Positions 24,720-33,848 of a stretch of DNA of 39,322 nucleotides are shown here, in pieces. The notes beneath the pieces were generated by a model. It was given only the letters and a program-made list of their open reading frames with translations. It was not told where the DNA came from and did not search any database. The DNA comes from Acidimicrobiia bacterium (lineage in GTDB: Bacteria; Actinomycetota; Acidimicrobiia; Spongiisociales; ZC4RG35), in assembly GCA_031389635.1 (NCBI GenBank), contig JANMST010000255.1:1-39322 (forward strand). The letters are read 5' to 3'. The first letter of the stretch is position 1, and each line of letters begins with the position of its first letter. Both the position numbers and the translations under genes were made by a program.

Positions 24720-25460
24720 CTACCCCCAACCGAGCAGTCGACCCAAAGCATTACGCACGACGGCCAATGAAACCTCTGGATCGCCGGCGACTCGTACTTG
24801 GTGACCCAGCTCTGCGTGCCACTCGGCTTCGGGGGGTGCATTCTCGTATTCGTGCTGCTTCGGTCCTGCAGACCTAAGGCGAATGCACAACTCGATGGCT
24901 TCTTCGTTGACGGCTCCAATCTCTGCCAGTCCATGTAAGTCGAAAAGGTCTCTCGGTACTCGTCGATCAGCGAACGCAACCAGTTTCATTGCCGTGAAGG
25001 TAGATCGAGTTGGAACTCGGAGTTGCACATCCTTCGGCAGATCGTCGTAGAAGAGGTCTACCGGTCTGGTAGATGCCGGAAGCATGGTGTTTTCGTAACG
25101 TCGTCCAACGATCTGCAGCTTCACTGCGAGAGAGTCTCCTGTGAGTATGTATGTCGCCACATCGTCCTGCTGCGACCGACGCGCTGTCAGATCGGGATAC
25201 TCCCTACTAGTTGCAGCGAGGAGGCGTTGGACGATGTCGTCTTGCACGCCGTCCTCGTCGATCAAGTAGAGGTCTATGTCCTCAGAGATTCGGCGCCCAG
25301 GCAGGAAGGTCCGATTGAGGGCCGTGCCCCCGAAGAATACAACCCCCGACTCGTGTTCAAGGGCGTTGAGAAGATGCGAAACGACATGATCTCGTTCAAT
25401 CTGGAGTTGTGGAACACCGAGTTCGGCAGCCCGACTTCGGACCTGTTCAGGGTTCAGCAT
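24720..25460 (-). CDS. abiEii: AbiEii/AbiGii-family nucleotidyltransferase toxin (type IV TA / abortive infection)
   Basis: ERDHVVSHLLNAL...VVFFGGTALNRTFLPGRRISEDIDLYL is the characteristic AbiEii (DUF1814) N-terminal motif. Start set at the ATG at 25460 (MLNPEQV). Overlaps the upstream antitoxin stop by 14 nt. Confidence 0.8.
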   Translation of the reverse strand: MLNPEQVRSRAAELGVPQLQIERDHVVSHLLNALEHESGVVFFGGTALNRTFLPGRRISEDIDLYLIDEDGVQDDIVQRLLAATSREYPDLTARRSQQDDVATYILTGDSLAVKLQIVGRRYENTMLPASTRPVDLFYDDLPKDVQLRVPTRSTFTAMKLVAFADRRVPRDLFDLHGLAEIGAVNEEAIELCIRLRSAGPKQHEYENAPPEAEWHAELGHQVRVAGDPEVSLAVVRNALGRLLGWG

Positions 25461-26193
25461 GGCGGATCGAGAACTTGACGGGATCAGTTGGCACAATCGG
25501 CTGTAACCCTCTGGAGCTGACCGGGTGGGCCAGTTTCAACACTGGCGCGTCGTGAACAAGCTGATCGCTGGCCCATCGCGCTCGAGCGTAAGCCGCTTTC
25601 TTACCCTGCTTGAACGCCAGGTCCGCCGCCGCGTCCCAGTCGGAGCGTTGAGCTAGTGACCAGACGGCTTCCGAGGCCGTCCTCTTGCTTATGCCTGCCC
25701 GCGTTGGGTGGTCGGCTATGTCTATCAGGGTTTGCTCGGTTGTGGTCGTCCATCCGTCGGCCAATTCGGTGGAGATCCTCTGGACGGCAACATCGTTGAG
25801 ATCTCGCTGCTGAAAGACCACGAGACCCGCTCTTGTTGACAAAGTTCTTCGCCTCGTGGGTATCGCCACGATGCCTGTGGCCAATGCTCGGGGAACTACG
25901 TGAAGGACCCTGGCCGCTGACATGTGACACAGGGCGCTAGCCGACTGTCCATGATCTGCTTGTGCGATTGCAAGGGCCACGGCCTCCACCGATGGAACCC
26001 ATCCGCTTCGTCCCACCCACCCTTTCGGAGGGATCGCGTAGTAGCCGTGGGCGAGCCGCAGCAGGGTGCCGAATGACGCCATTCGGGCGAACTCGGCCGC
26101 GGGAAACGAATAGCTGAGGGCTGCATCTTTTGGGCGGATCACCCTGAGGGTCCGATTCATCAGAGCCGGCGGTAAAGTGGGTTCTCGCGCCAA
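25447..26193 (-). CDS. abiEi: AbiEi-family antitoxin / transcriptional regulator
   Basis: 248 aa with a TTG start. N-terminus LRVIRPKDAALSYSFPAAEFARMASFGTLLRLAHGYYAIPP fits the AbiEi wHTH domain pattern (..G.l.Rl.rG.Y). It lies immediately upstream of and overlaps abiEii. Confidence 0.7.
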   Translation of the reverse strand: MAREPTLPPALMNRTLRVIRPKDAALSYSFPAAEFARMASFGTLLRLAHGYYAIPPKGWVGRSGWVPSVEAVALAIAQADHGQSASALCHMSAARVLHVVPRALATGIVAIPTRRRTLSTRAGLVVFQQRDLNDVAVQRISTELADGWTTTTEQTLIDIADHPTRAGISKRTASEAVWSLAQRSDWDAAADLAFKQGKKAAYARARWASDQLVHDAPVLKLAHPVSSRGLQPIVPTDPVKFSIRHAEP

Positions 26194-26256
26194 TGTCGCG
26201 CTGATTATAGGCTTCAGGCCTATTATTAGCGCGTATTTAGCGGCGAGCCGAGGTTT

Positions 26257-26685
26257 CTACGCCGCCTGGGCGGCTGCGACCTGTCGCTTGAGGCGGGCGA
26301 GGATGGCGCCCATGCCGCGCAGGCGCAGCGGCGTCACCACCTCTTCCAGGCCCATGTTCATGTAGAAGTCGCTGTCGACGTCGAGGATCGCTTCGGGCGT
26401 CTCGCCGTCGAGGCCGGCGGCGAGGATGCCGGCATAACCGCGCACGGTTGGTGACTCCGGCGGGGCGTCGAAGAAGACCCTCACCCTGCCATCTTCCAGG
26501 CGGGTGGCGAGGAAGAACGGAGTCTGGCACTCGTGCACCTGCTCGAGGCTGTCGCGGTCGGCCGCGAGGTCGGCGGGGAGAGCCGGGAGCCGCTTGGAGA
26601 AGTCGAGAAGTGCTTCGACCCGGAAGTCCTTGGGCGAGGAGCGGAAGGCTTCGACAATCTGGGCCAAACGTTCCGGAAGTGCCAC
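26257..26685 (-). CDS. sufE: SufE-family sulfur acceptor protein
   Basis: 142 aa. PKDFRVEALLDFSKRLP...VHECQTPFFL (conserved Cys) ...FFDAPPESPTVRGYAGIL are typical of SufE/CsdE. Confidence 0.8.
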   Translation of the reverse strand: MALPERLAQIVEAFRSSPKDFRVEALLDFSKRLPALPADLAADRDSLEQVHECQTPFFLATRLEDGRVRVFFDAPPESPTVRGYAGILAAGLDGETPEAILDVDSDFYMNMGLEEVVTPLRLRGMGAILARLKRQVAAAQAA

Positions 26686-26712
26686 AAGGTCATTGTACCC
26701 CGGGGGGCCGAG

Positions 26713-26736
26713 TTAGCACTACGGTGATAGTGTTAA
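26713..26736. promoter_or_regulatory. AT-rich imperfect palindrome in the sufE / rhodanese divergent promoter region (candidate operator)
   Basis: TTAGCACTA-cggtga-TAGTGTTAA, with 8 of 9 arm positions complementary. Confidence 0.35.
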
Positions 26737-26758
26737 GAGATCGAGAAGAGGAGCTTTC

Positions 26759-27637
26759 TTGCCTGCCGCCGCTGATCCCGCCGATAAGTTCCGGGCCTAT
26801 TTCCATCCCGAGCGCCTGGTCTCGACCGATTGGCTGGCGGAGCATTTGAGCGACCCCAACCTGGTCGTGGTCGAGTCGGACGAAGACACGCTGCTCTATC
26901 ACACCGGCCACATCCCCGGCGCGATCAAGATCGACTGGGTGGCCGATCTCAACGACCCGGTCATGCGTGACTACCTCGACGCCGGGCAGTTCGCCAGCCT
27001 GATGTCCAAGCACGGAATCAGGCCCGAAACGACGGTCGTCTTCTACGGGGACAACTTCAACTGGTGGGCTGCATACGCCCTCTGGGTGTTCGAGTTGTTC
27101 GGACATGCCGATACCCGGCTCCTCGACGGCGGCCGTGCCAAGTGGGCTGCCGAAGCCCGCCCGTTGAACACCGACGCCATCGAGCGGTCAGGCGTCGACT
27201 ATCCGACTCCTACTCGTGACGATCGCCGGGTCCGGGCGTTTCTGGGGGATGTGTTGCCGCACAGCAAGGATCACAAGCCCTTGATCGATGTTCGCTCACC
27301 GGAGGAATACCGCGGGGAGAGATTGCACATGCCCGACTATCCCAACGAAGGTGCACTGCGCGGCGGCCACATCCCCGGCGCCAAGAGCGTTCCATGGAAA
27401 AAGGCTGCCAACGAGGACAACACCTTCAAGTCGGCCGACGAGCTCAAGGCTCTCTACATCAACGAAGCCGGGCTCGCGCCGGGCGATGACGTGATCGCCT
27501 ATTGCCGGATCGGTGAGCGCTCAGCCCATACCTGGTTCGTCCTCACCCACCTCCTCGGGTTCGAGCGGGTGCGCAACTACGACGGCTCGTGGACCGAATA
27601 CGGCAACGCTGTGCGGGTCCCCATCGAAAAGCCATAG
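26759..27637 (+). CDS. Thiosulfate sulfurtransferase (tandem rhodanese domains)
   Basis: 292 aa with a TTG start. Active-site loop is [12 protein letters not shown], the CRXGX[RT] type, as in CysA/SseA-family enzymes. Confidence 0.85.
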   Translation: MPAAADPADKFRAYFHPERLVSTDWLAEHLSDPNLVVVESDEDTLLYHTGHIPGAIKIDWVADLNDPVMRDYLDAGQFASLMSKHGIRPETTVVFYGDNFNWWAAYALWVFELFGHADTRLLDGGRAKWAAEARPLNTDAIERSGVDYPTPTRDDRRVRAFLGDVLPHSKDHKPLIDVRSPEEYRGERLHMPDYPNEGALRGGHIPGAKSVPWKKAANEDNTFKSADELKALYINEAGLAPGDDVIAYCRIGERSAHTWFVLTHLLGFERVRNYDGSWTEYGNAVRVPIEKP

Positions 27638-27643
27638 AAGAAC

Positions 27644-27699
27644 CGCGAACCTAAGGTTATAAGCCGCGGAAAGCGCGGCCTATAACCTTAGGTTTCGCG
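27644..27699. repeat. 56-nt AT-rich near-perfect inverted repeat (25-bp stem) between convergent genes
   Basis: CGCGAACCTAAGGTTATAAGCCGCG-GAAAG-CGCGGCCTATAACCTTAGGTTTCGCG, with one bulge (T27693) and one mismatch (A27662/C27680). Confidence 0.9.
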
Positions 27700-27710
27700 A
27701 TGCTTCAGGC

Positions 27711-28493
27711 TCAGCCCCGCCGGGCGACTATGAAGAGACGGCTGAACGGAAACGGCGTCTTGCCGTCGGCCTCCACTGGATAGGCAGTCCGATACGCCTC
27801 AGTGAGCTGTGAAACGAAGTCCGCCGCTTCGTCGGGTTGAAGGGCGACGAGGATCGGTCTGAGTACTGATCCTTTCACCCACCCCAGCATGGCGTCGCTC
27901 CCCTCGAGCACGTGGTAGTAGGTCGTTCTCCAGAGGTCGATGTCGACCGCGGTCGGCCGCAGCCAGGCGCGGTACTCGGCCGGATCTGCCACCGGGTGGC
28001 CGAGGAAGGCCTGGGCGGTTCGCGACCTCCAGCGCGGATCGTCGACCAACCGGCTGATCAAGCGGTGCGATGGTTGATCCCAGTTGTCCGGCATCTGGAC
28101 CGCCAGCGCTCCACCAACCGAGATCAGCGACATGAGGCGCGGAAACAGCACCTGATGATTCCCCAACCAATGCAAGGCGGCGTTGCTGAACACGATCGAT
28201 ACCGGGTACGAGGGCGCCCAGGTGGCGATCTCTTCGTGCTGCCAATTGATGGTGGGCCATTGGTGGGATGGGAACTGCGACTCGGCCCGTTCGAGCATCT
28301 CGGCCGAATCGTCGATTCCCACGATCCGGGCATCGGGCCAGCGTCGCGCCAGGACGGCCGTGAGATGCCCGGGCCCGCAACCGAGGTCGACGATGATCTC
28401 GGGATTCGGATGGTTGATTCGTGCGATCAACTCCAGGCCCGGACGGCTGCGCAGATCGGCGAACGTCATGTAGCTGTCGGGGTCCCAGGTCAT
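27711..28493 (-). CDS. tam: trans-Aconitate 2-methyltransferase
   Basis: 260 aa. MTWDPDSYMTFADLRSRPGLELI plus the SAM motif VDLGCGPG are typical of Tam. Confidence 0.8.
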   Translation of the reverse strand: MTWDPDSYMTFADLRSRPGLELIARINHPNPEIIVDLGCGPGHLTAVLARRWPDARIVGIDDSAEMLERAESQFPSHQWPTINWQHEEIATWAPSYPVSIVFSNAALHWLGNHQVLFPRLMSLISVGGALAVQMPDNWDQPSHRLISRLVDDPRWRSRTAQAFLGHPVADPAEYRAWLRPTAVDIDLWRTTYYHVLEGSDAMLGWVKGSVLRPILVALQPDEAADFVSQLTEAYRTAYPVEADGKTPFPFSRLFIVARRG

Positions 28494-28527
28494 GGGGTCA
28501 TCCCCTTCCCGAATCGTTGGTGTCCGG

Positions 28528-30018
28528 TCACCGTTGGGCGTCCACCGTTGCCTGGCCGAATCGCTCGGCTAGTTCCGGCCTCACCCGATCGGTCATTCGC
28601 CAGATCCAGTTGCCCTCTTCCTGACCCGGGGTATTCATCCTCGCCTCGCGGCCAAGGCCGAGCAGATCCTGGATCGGCACCACCGCTGTCTCGGCGGCCG
28701 AACCCAGAACGATCTTGATGAGGTCCCAGTTGATCTCCTCCCCCCGCGATCCGGTCAGCGCCAAAAGGCGCCGCTTGTTGCGATCGAGGCGCCGACGATC
28801 GTGGCGATCGTTGCTGCCCCAGAACCAACCGAGGGTTGTGTCGTTGTCGTGGGTGCCGGTGTAGGCAACGACATCGGATGGGTAGTTGTCAGGATGATGA
28901 ATCGCGGTGTCGATCTCCTCATCGAACCCGAACTGGGCGACCCTCATGCCGGGGAAGCCGAGCGATCGGCGCAGGTTGGTGACCTCATCCGTGATGATTC
29001 CGAGGTCCTCGGCGATGATCGGCATGGAGCCGATCCTCGATTGGAGTGCGGTGAACAAATCGATGCCGGGGCCCTCGACCCAGTGACCGTTGACAGCGGT
29101 GAGCTCGGAGGCGGGAATCTCCCAGAAGGCGACGAATCCGCGAAAGTGGTCGATGCGCACCATGTCGAACCTGGCGAACGTCGCCCGGAGCCGGTCGCCC
29201 CACCACTGATAAAGCTCCGATCGATGCGCCTCCCAGTCGTATAGCGGGTTGCCCCACCGCTGCCCGGTCGCAGCGAAGTAGTCGGGGGGGACCCCGGCCA
29301 CGACCGTCGGGCGCCCGTCTGATCCGAGATGGAAGAGGTCGGGCCGGGACCAGACGTCGGCCGAGTCGTGCGCTACGAAGATCGGAAGGTCACCGATCAA
29401 GGCCACCCCGAGCGAACGGGCGTAGCTGGCCAGCATTTCCCATTGACGATGAAAGAGGTACTGAATCGCCCGCTCGACCTCGATCCGCCCCTCCAATCGC
29501 GCCGAAGCCCGGGCCATGGCGGCAGGGTCCCGCATGGCAAGTCCGCGCTCCCACTCCACCCACGAGCGACCCCCATAAGATTGTTTGATGGCCGCAAAGG
29601 TGGCATACGAATCGAGCCACGGTGTCTTGCGAAACCCGTCGTACTCGTCGTCACCGCCACGACGCAGGAATCGGCGAGCAGCCAGGATCAGCAACCTGGC
29701 CTTGTCTGGGATCAGCTCCCCGAAGTTCACCCAATCGCGAGGAAGGGCGGTGAGTTGATCTATCTCGGAGCCGTGCAACAGCCCATCGGCCACGAGGTCG
29801 TTCAAGTCGATCAAGAGTGGATTTCCGGCGAAGGTCGACGGCGATTGATAGGGCGAGTCGCGATAACCGGTTGGACCCACGGGGAGCATCTGCCAGAAGT
29901 GCTGGCCGGCGTCGGACAGAGCCTGCGCGAACAGCCGGGCATCTTCACCGAGCGTGCCGATCCCATGTCGGCCCGGGAGCGATGTGATGTGGGCGAGGAC
30001 GCCGCTCTGGCGGGTCAT
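28528..30018 (-). CDS. malQ: 4-alpha-glucanotransferase (amylomaltase, GH77)
   Basis: 496 aa. Contains GVLAHITSLPGRHGIG, SPYQSPSTFAGNPLLID, DHFRGF and IAEDLG. Confidence 0.9.
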   Translation of the reverse strand: MTRQSGVLAHITSLPGRHGIGTLGEDARLFAQALSDAGQHFWQMLPVGPTGYRDSPYQSPSTFAGNPLLIDLNDLVADGLLHGSEIDQLTALPRDWVNFGELIPDKARLLILAARRFLRRGGDDEYDGFRKTPWLDSYATFAAIKQSYGGRSWVEWERGLAMRDPAAMARASARLEGRIEVERAIQYLFHRQWEMLASYARSLGVALIGDLPIFVAHDSADVWSRPDLFHLGSDGRPTVVAGVPPDYFAATGQRWGNPLYDWEAHRSELYQWWGDRLRATFARFDMVRIDHFRGFVAFWEIPASELTAVNGHWVEGPGIDLFTALQSRIGSMPIIAEDLGIITDEVTNLRRSLGFPGMRVAQFGFDEEIDTAIHHPDNYPSDVVAYTGTHDNDTTLGWFWGSNDRHDRRRLDRNKRRLLALTGSRGEEINWDLIKIVLGSAAETAVVPIQDLLGLGREARMNTPGQEEGNWIWRMTDRVRPELAERFGQATVDAQR

Positions 30019-30653
30019 CCGGAGGTGTTGTCGTCCGGGAACTGGGCAAACCGGACCATCAGATGAACCTCGATCGACGCGCTACCGGCTTCGACCGGAG
30101 CCGAGTCCGCCATCGCCATTGCCATGGCTCTTTTGGGCATTGGTCCCGGCCCTTGCCCGCTGGATTCGGTTATCTCGATCGCCTGTCCGAGCCGGGTGCC
30201 GGCCAGATCTGCGAGTTGCTTGGCCTTGGCTTGGGCCCGCTCCCACGCTCGAGCCCGGGCCTGCGCTTCGAGGGGAGCGCGGTCGGCAACCTCAAACGCA
30301 AGGCCATGCATCTCAGCCAGGTCACCCAGCACCGCGGTGGCAGCGCCGATGACCTCACCCACGTGTTCCATGTCGGTCGTGCTGATCATCACCGTGTTCC
30401 TGACCCGAAAGCCTGCCACGGCACCTTCGTTGTTGTGCTCGGGCCATATCGACAGATCGGAGGTCTGAATGTCGGGACCTTCGATTCCATGACCCGCCAG
30501 AGTCGAGATCAGACTGGCGAGCTTGCCGTTGACGACTCCCAGGGCAGCAGCCACCTCCCCGCGCACGGCGCTGGCACCAAGAGTCAGCACGGCTCTGTCA
30601 GGAGGACCGGAGGCGGCACCTGTGGCGGTGACGGTGATTCCGTTGTTGCTCAC
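30015..30653 (-). CDS. SIMPL (DUF541) domain protein
   Basis: 212 aa. ITVTATGAASGPPDRAVLTLGA at the N-terminus and a C-terminal ...PVEAGSASIEV pattern are typical of SIMPL/DUF541. No obvious signal peptide. Its stop overlaps the malQ start (ATGA). Confidence 0.6.
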   Translation of the reverse strand: MSNNGITVTATGAASGPPDRAVLTLGASAVRGEVAAALGVVNGKLASLISTLAGHGIEGPDIQTSDLSIWPEHNNEGAVAGFRVRNTVMISTTDMEHVGEVIGAATAVLGDLAEMHGLAFEVADRAPLEAQARARAWERAQAKAKQLADLAGTRLGQAIEITESSGQGPGPMPKRAMAMAMADSAPVEAGSASIEVHLMVRFAQFPDDNTSG

Positions 30654-30740
30654 TGACCAGCCTCCTGTTGAAGCCCGGAGGCTAGATCAATCGTGCGGGC
30701 GCCTCCGTGGGAAGCGAGCCGCTCTCTACCGTTGTCAGCA

Positions 30741-31910
30741 ATGGTCATGCCAAATGACGATGACGTTTCGGGCGGTCCGCTTGACGGGGTGAAGGTCGTC
30801 GAATTGGCGGCCATCGGGCCGGTGCCGTTTGCGGGCATGGTCCTCGCCGACCTTGGAGCCAAAGTGATTCGGGTCGATCGCCCTGATCCCGGCCCGATAG
30901 CTGCGATCAACTCTCACGATCCGACCGCACGGGGGAAGGACTCCATCGTCGTCGATCTCAAGCAGGCAGCGGGATTGGAAGTTGTCCTTCGCCTTGCCGG
31001 GGGCTGCGACATTCTCATCGAAGGGCACCGGCCGGGAGTTGCCGAGCGGCTCGGTCTCGGTCCCGAGGTGTGTCTCGCCCGCAACCCGGCGCTGATCTAT
31101 GGGCGCATGACTGGATGGGGCCAGTCGGGGCCGCTCTCCGCGACCGCCGGACACGACATCAACTACCTCGCGGTTTCGGGAAACCTCTCGGCTATCGGTC
31201 CGGCCGAGCGTCCGCTTCCGCCTCTGAATCTCGTTGCTGACTATGGGGGAGGGGCCATGCTCCTTCTGGTGGGAGTCCTGGCGGCACTCACCCACGCCCG
31301 TTCTTCCGGAGAAGGTCAGGTGGTGGACGCGGCGATGGTCGACGGATCCGCTCTGCTGGCCTCGGTCTTCAGAGGATTGCTGGCTTCCGGGGCCTGGGTG
31401 GACCGCCGGGAATCGAATCTGCTCGACGGTGGCGCACCGTTCTACCGAACTTACCGCACCCGGGACGACCGTTTTGTGGCTGTCGGGGCCCTCGAGCCAC
31501 AATTCTTCGCGGCACTATTGGAGGGCCTCGCGCTCGATCCCGCCGATATGGGCAACCAGTACGACCGCACCGGGTGGGAGTCGATGTCGGCCCGTTTCGA
31601 GGCCGAGTTTGCCTCCCGCAGCCGGGCTGAATGGGTCGATCGGTTCTCGGGGTCCGACGCCTGTGTTTCACCCGTGCTGACCTTCTCGGAGTCGCTGACC
31701 GACTCGCATATGGCCGCCCGGAAGACCTTTCTCGACCTCGATGGCATCTTCCAACCGGCTCCCGCCCCCAGATTCTCCCGAACTCCGGCCGCCACACCCT
31801 CTCCGGCGAGACACCCGAGCCTGGTGCCTGGGACGAACCGGATTCTCGGGGCCCTTGGATACAGCGAGGCCGAGGTCGGTATGCTCCGCAAAAAGAGAGC
31901 CGTCCGCTGA
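30741..31910 (+). CDS. mcr: Family III CoA-transferase / alpha-methylacyl-CoA racemase-like
   Basis: GPLDGVKVVELAAIGPVPFAGMVLADLGAKVIRVDRP is the CaiB/BaiF-family N-terminus. Start set at the ATG at 30741; GTG at 30693 is also possible. Confidence 0.8.
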   Translation: MVMPNDDDVSGGPLDGVKVVELAAIGPVPFAGMVLADLGAKVIRVDRPDPGPIAAINSHDPTARGKDSIVVDLKQAAGLEVVLRLAGGCDILIEGHRPGVAERLGLGPEVCLARNPALIYGRMTGWGQSGPLSATAGHDINYLAVSGNLSAIGPAERPLPPLNLVADYGGGAMLLLVGVLAALTHARSSGEGQVVDAAMVDGSALLASVFRGLLASGAWVDRRESNLLDGGAPFYRTYRTRDDRFVAVGALEPQFFAALLEGLALDPADMGNQYDRTGWESMSARFEAEFASRSRAEWVDRFSGSDACVSPVLTFSESLTDSHMAARKTFLDLDGIFQPAPAPRFSRTPAATPSPARHPSLVPGTNRILGALGYSEAEVGMLRKKRAVR

Positions 31911-31924
31911 ACCCTGGAGGATCT

Positions 31925-33784
31925 ATGGCCCCGCATTCGTCGAGCACGGCAACCGTAATGGCAGAGCGCGCGGCGATCGATGCGGCGGTAGAGGGGAAAA
32001 CGCTGGTCGATGTCTTCAATCGCAATGCCCGCGACTACGCCGACAAGGCTGCGATCCACTGGAAGGAAGGCGACATCTGGCGCCATCTCACGTGGTCGCA
32101 GTACAGAAAGTCGGTCCACGAGGCCGCCGCTGGCCTCATCTCGCTGGGGTTAGCCGGAGGCGACTTCGTCGCGATCATGGCCGGCAACCGGCCCGAGCAC
32201 GTGATCGGCGACCTGGCGGCAGTGCATTCCGGTGCGACCGGCGTCACCATCTACTCCACGCTGGCCCAGAGCCAGATCCAGTACGTGGCCACCAACTGCG
32301 GCGCCAAGGTGGCGATCCTCGAGAATTTGTCATTCATGAAACGCTGGGAGGCGATCAAGTCGGAGTTGCCTGCACTCGGCCACGTGATCCTGATGGAGGG
32401 GGCCGAGAACTACAACTTGGTCGACTGGGTTCTGTCCTGGGACGACCTTCTCGAGCGTGGCCGTGCGGCCCTGGCCGCCGATCCGGGCCTGGTCGAGCGG
32501 GCGGCGGGCCTTGCCAAGCCAGAAGGCCTCGCGACGCTCATCTATACGTCCGGAACGACCGGGGTCCCCAAGGGTGTGATGGTCACGCATCGCAACGTCA
32601 TGTGGACGGCCGAGTGCGTTCGGCGGGGAACCAACCTCCCCGACAACCCGAGGATGGTTTCCTATCTGCCTTTGGCCCACATCGCCGAACGGATGTCGAC
32701 CCACTATCTGGGCGCCTACCTTGCCGGCGAGGTCTGGTACTGCCCCGACATCGGCCTGGTCCTGGAGTATGTGACCAAGGCCCGTCCGACCCTCTTCGTG
32801 GCCGTGCCCCGGGTCTGGGAGAAGTTCCACAACCGCCTCGACGCACGATTCGGCGAAGATCCCAAGCGTGAGAAGTTGATCCGAAGCGCGGTTGCCCATG
32901 GCGAGTCGGTCATGCGCACGACTCAATCCGGGAAATCGCCCGGGCTGATCGACAAGGTCAAGCTGGCCCTTTTCGAACGCCTCATATTCTCCAAGGTTCG
33001 CCACGGCCTCGGGATGGATGCGATCGATATCGCCATCACCGCGGCCGCCCCGATCAGCGCCGATCTGATCTTCTTCTTCCGAGGCATCGGGATACCACTA
33101 TTCGAGTTGTATGGAATGAGCGAGACGACCGGCCCCGCCACCAGCAACCTTCCCGGGGCGGAGAAGATCGGCAGCGTCGGTCGCGCTCTTCCGGGAGTGG
33201 AGGTGGTTCTCGGCGACGACGGCGAAATCTTGATGCGGGGAGGGGTTATCACGGCCGGCTACTACCAGGCGGCGCAGGAGACAGCCGAGGCCTTCGACTC
33301 TGAAGGCTGGCTCCATTCCGGCGACCTGGGGCGCTTCGACGACGACGGCTACCTCTTCATCGTGGGACGCAAGAAGGAAATCATCATCAATGCCGCCGGC
33401 AAAAACATCGCCCCGGCCAAGCTCGAGACGGCGCTCAAGAACCATCCGCTCGTCGCTCAGGCCTGCATGATCGGTGACGGCCGTCAGTATCTGTCGATGA
33501 TCATCTCTCTCGATGCGGAAGAGGCGCCGGTCTGGGCCACCAAGCATGGTGTCCCTTTCACCGACCTCGCCACCTTCAGCCAGCTTCCTGAGGTCAGGGC
33601 CGAGCTTCAGTCAGCCCTCGACATCGCCAACCAGGAAGTGTCGAGAGTCGAACAGGTCAAGAAATTCGTGATTGTGCCCGACGCCTGGACTCCCGACAGT
33701 GGAGAAATAACACCCTCGCTGAAGCTGAAGCGACGGGTCGTGTTGGAGAAGTACTCATCCGACATCGAGTCGATGTACGGCTGA
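31925..33784 (+). CDS. fadD: Long-chain fatty-acid--CoA ligase (AMP-dependent synthetase)
   Basis: Start set at the ATG at 31925, with SD GGAGG at 31914-31918. The track start at 31631 would overlap mcr. AMP-binding motif is IYTSGTTGVPKG, followed by GDLG..D.DGYL.IVGRKK. 619 aa. Confidence 0.88.
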   Translation: MAPHSSSTATVMAERAAIDAAVEGKTLVDVFNRNARDYADKAAIHWKEGDIWRHLTWSQYRKSVHEAAAGLISLGLAGGDFVAIMAGNRPEHVIGDLAAVHSGATGVTIYSTLAQSQIQYVATNCGAKVAILENLSFMKRWEAIKSELPALGHVILMEGAENYNLVDWVLSWDDLLERGRAALAADPGLVERAAGLAKPEGLATLIYTSGTTGVPKGVMVTHRNVMWTAECVRRGTNLPDNPRMVSYLPLAHIAERMSTHYLGAYLAGEVWYCPDIGLVLEYVTKARPTLFVAVPRVWEKFHNRLDARFGEDPKREKLIRSAVAHGESVMRTTQSGKSPGLIDKVKLALFERLIFSKVRHGLGMDAIDIAITAAAPISADLIFFFRGIGIPLFELYGMSETTGPATSNLPGAEKIGSVGRALPGVEVVLGDDGEILMRGGVITAGYYQAAQETAEAFDSEGWLHSGDLGRFDDDGYLFIVGRKKEIIINAAGKNIAPAKLETALKNHPLVAQACMIGDGRQYLSMIISLDAEEAPVWATKHGVPFTDLATFSQLPEVRAELQSALDIANQEVSRVEQVKKFVIVPDAWTPDSGEITPSLKLKRRVVLEKYSSDIESMYG

Positions 33785-33848
33785 TCAACGGGGGGCCCAC
33801 AATGCTCAATAGTCGGGAACCGACTGTGCTCAATCGTCGGGCAAGCGA

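Noticed and set aside
31741-32871. 376-aa alternative-frame ORF across the mcr/fadD junction, and the 717-aa track version of fadD starting at 31631
   Set aside because: The N-terminal extension would overlap mcr by about 280 nt and is Arg/Pro-rich. The ATG at 31925 has a GGAGG SD and begins the conserved ligase sequence.
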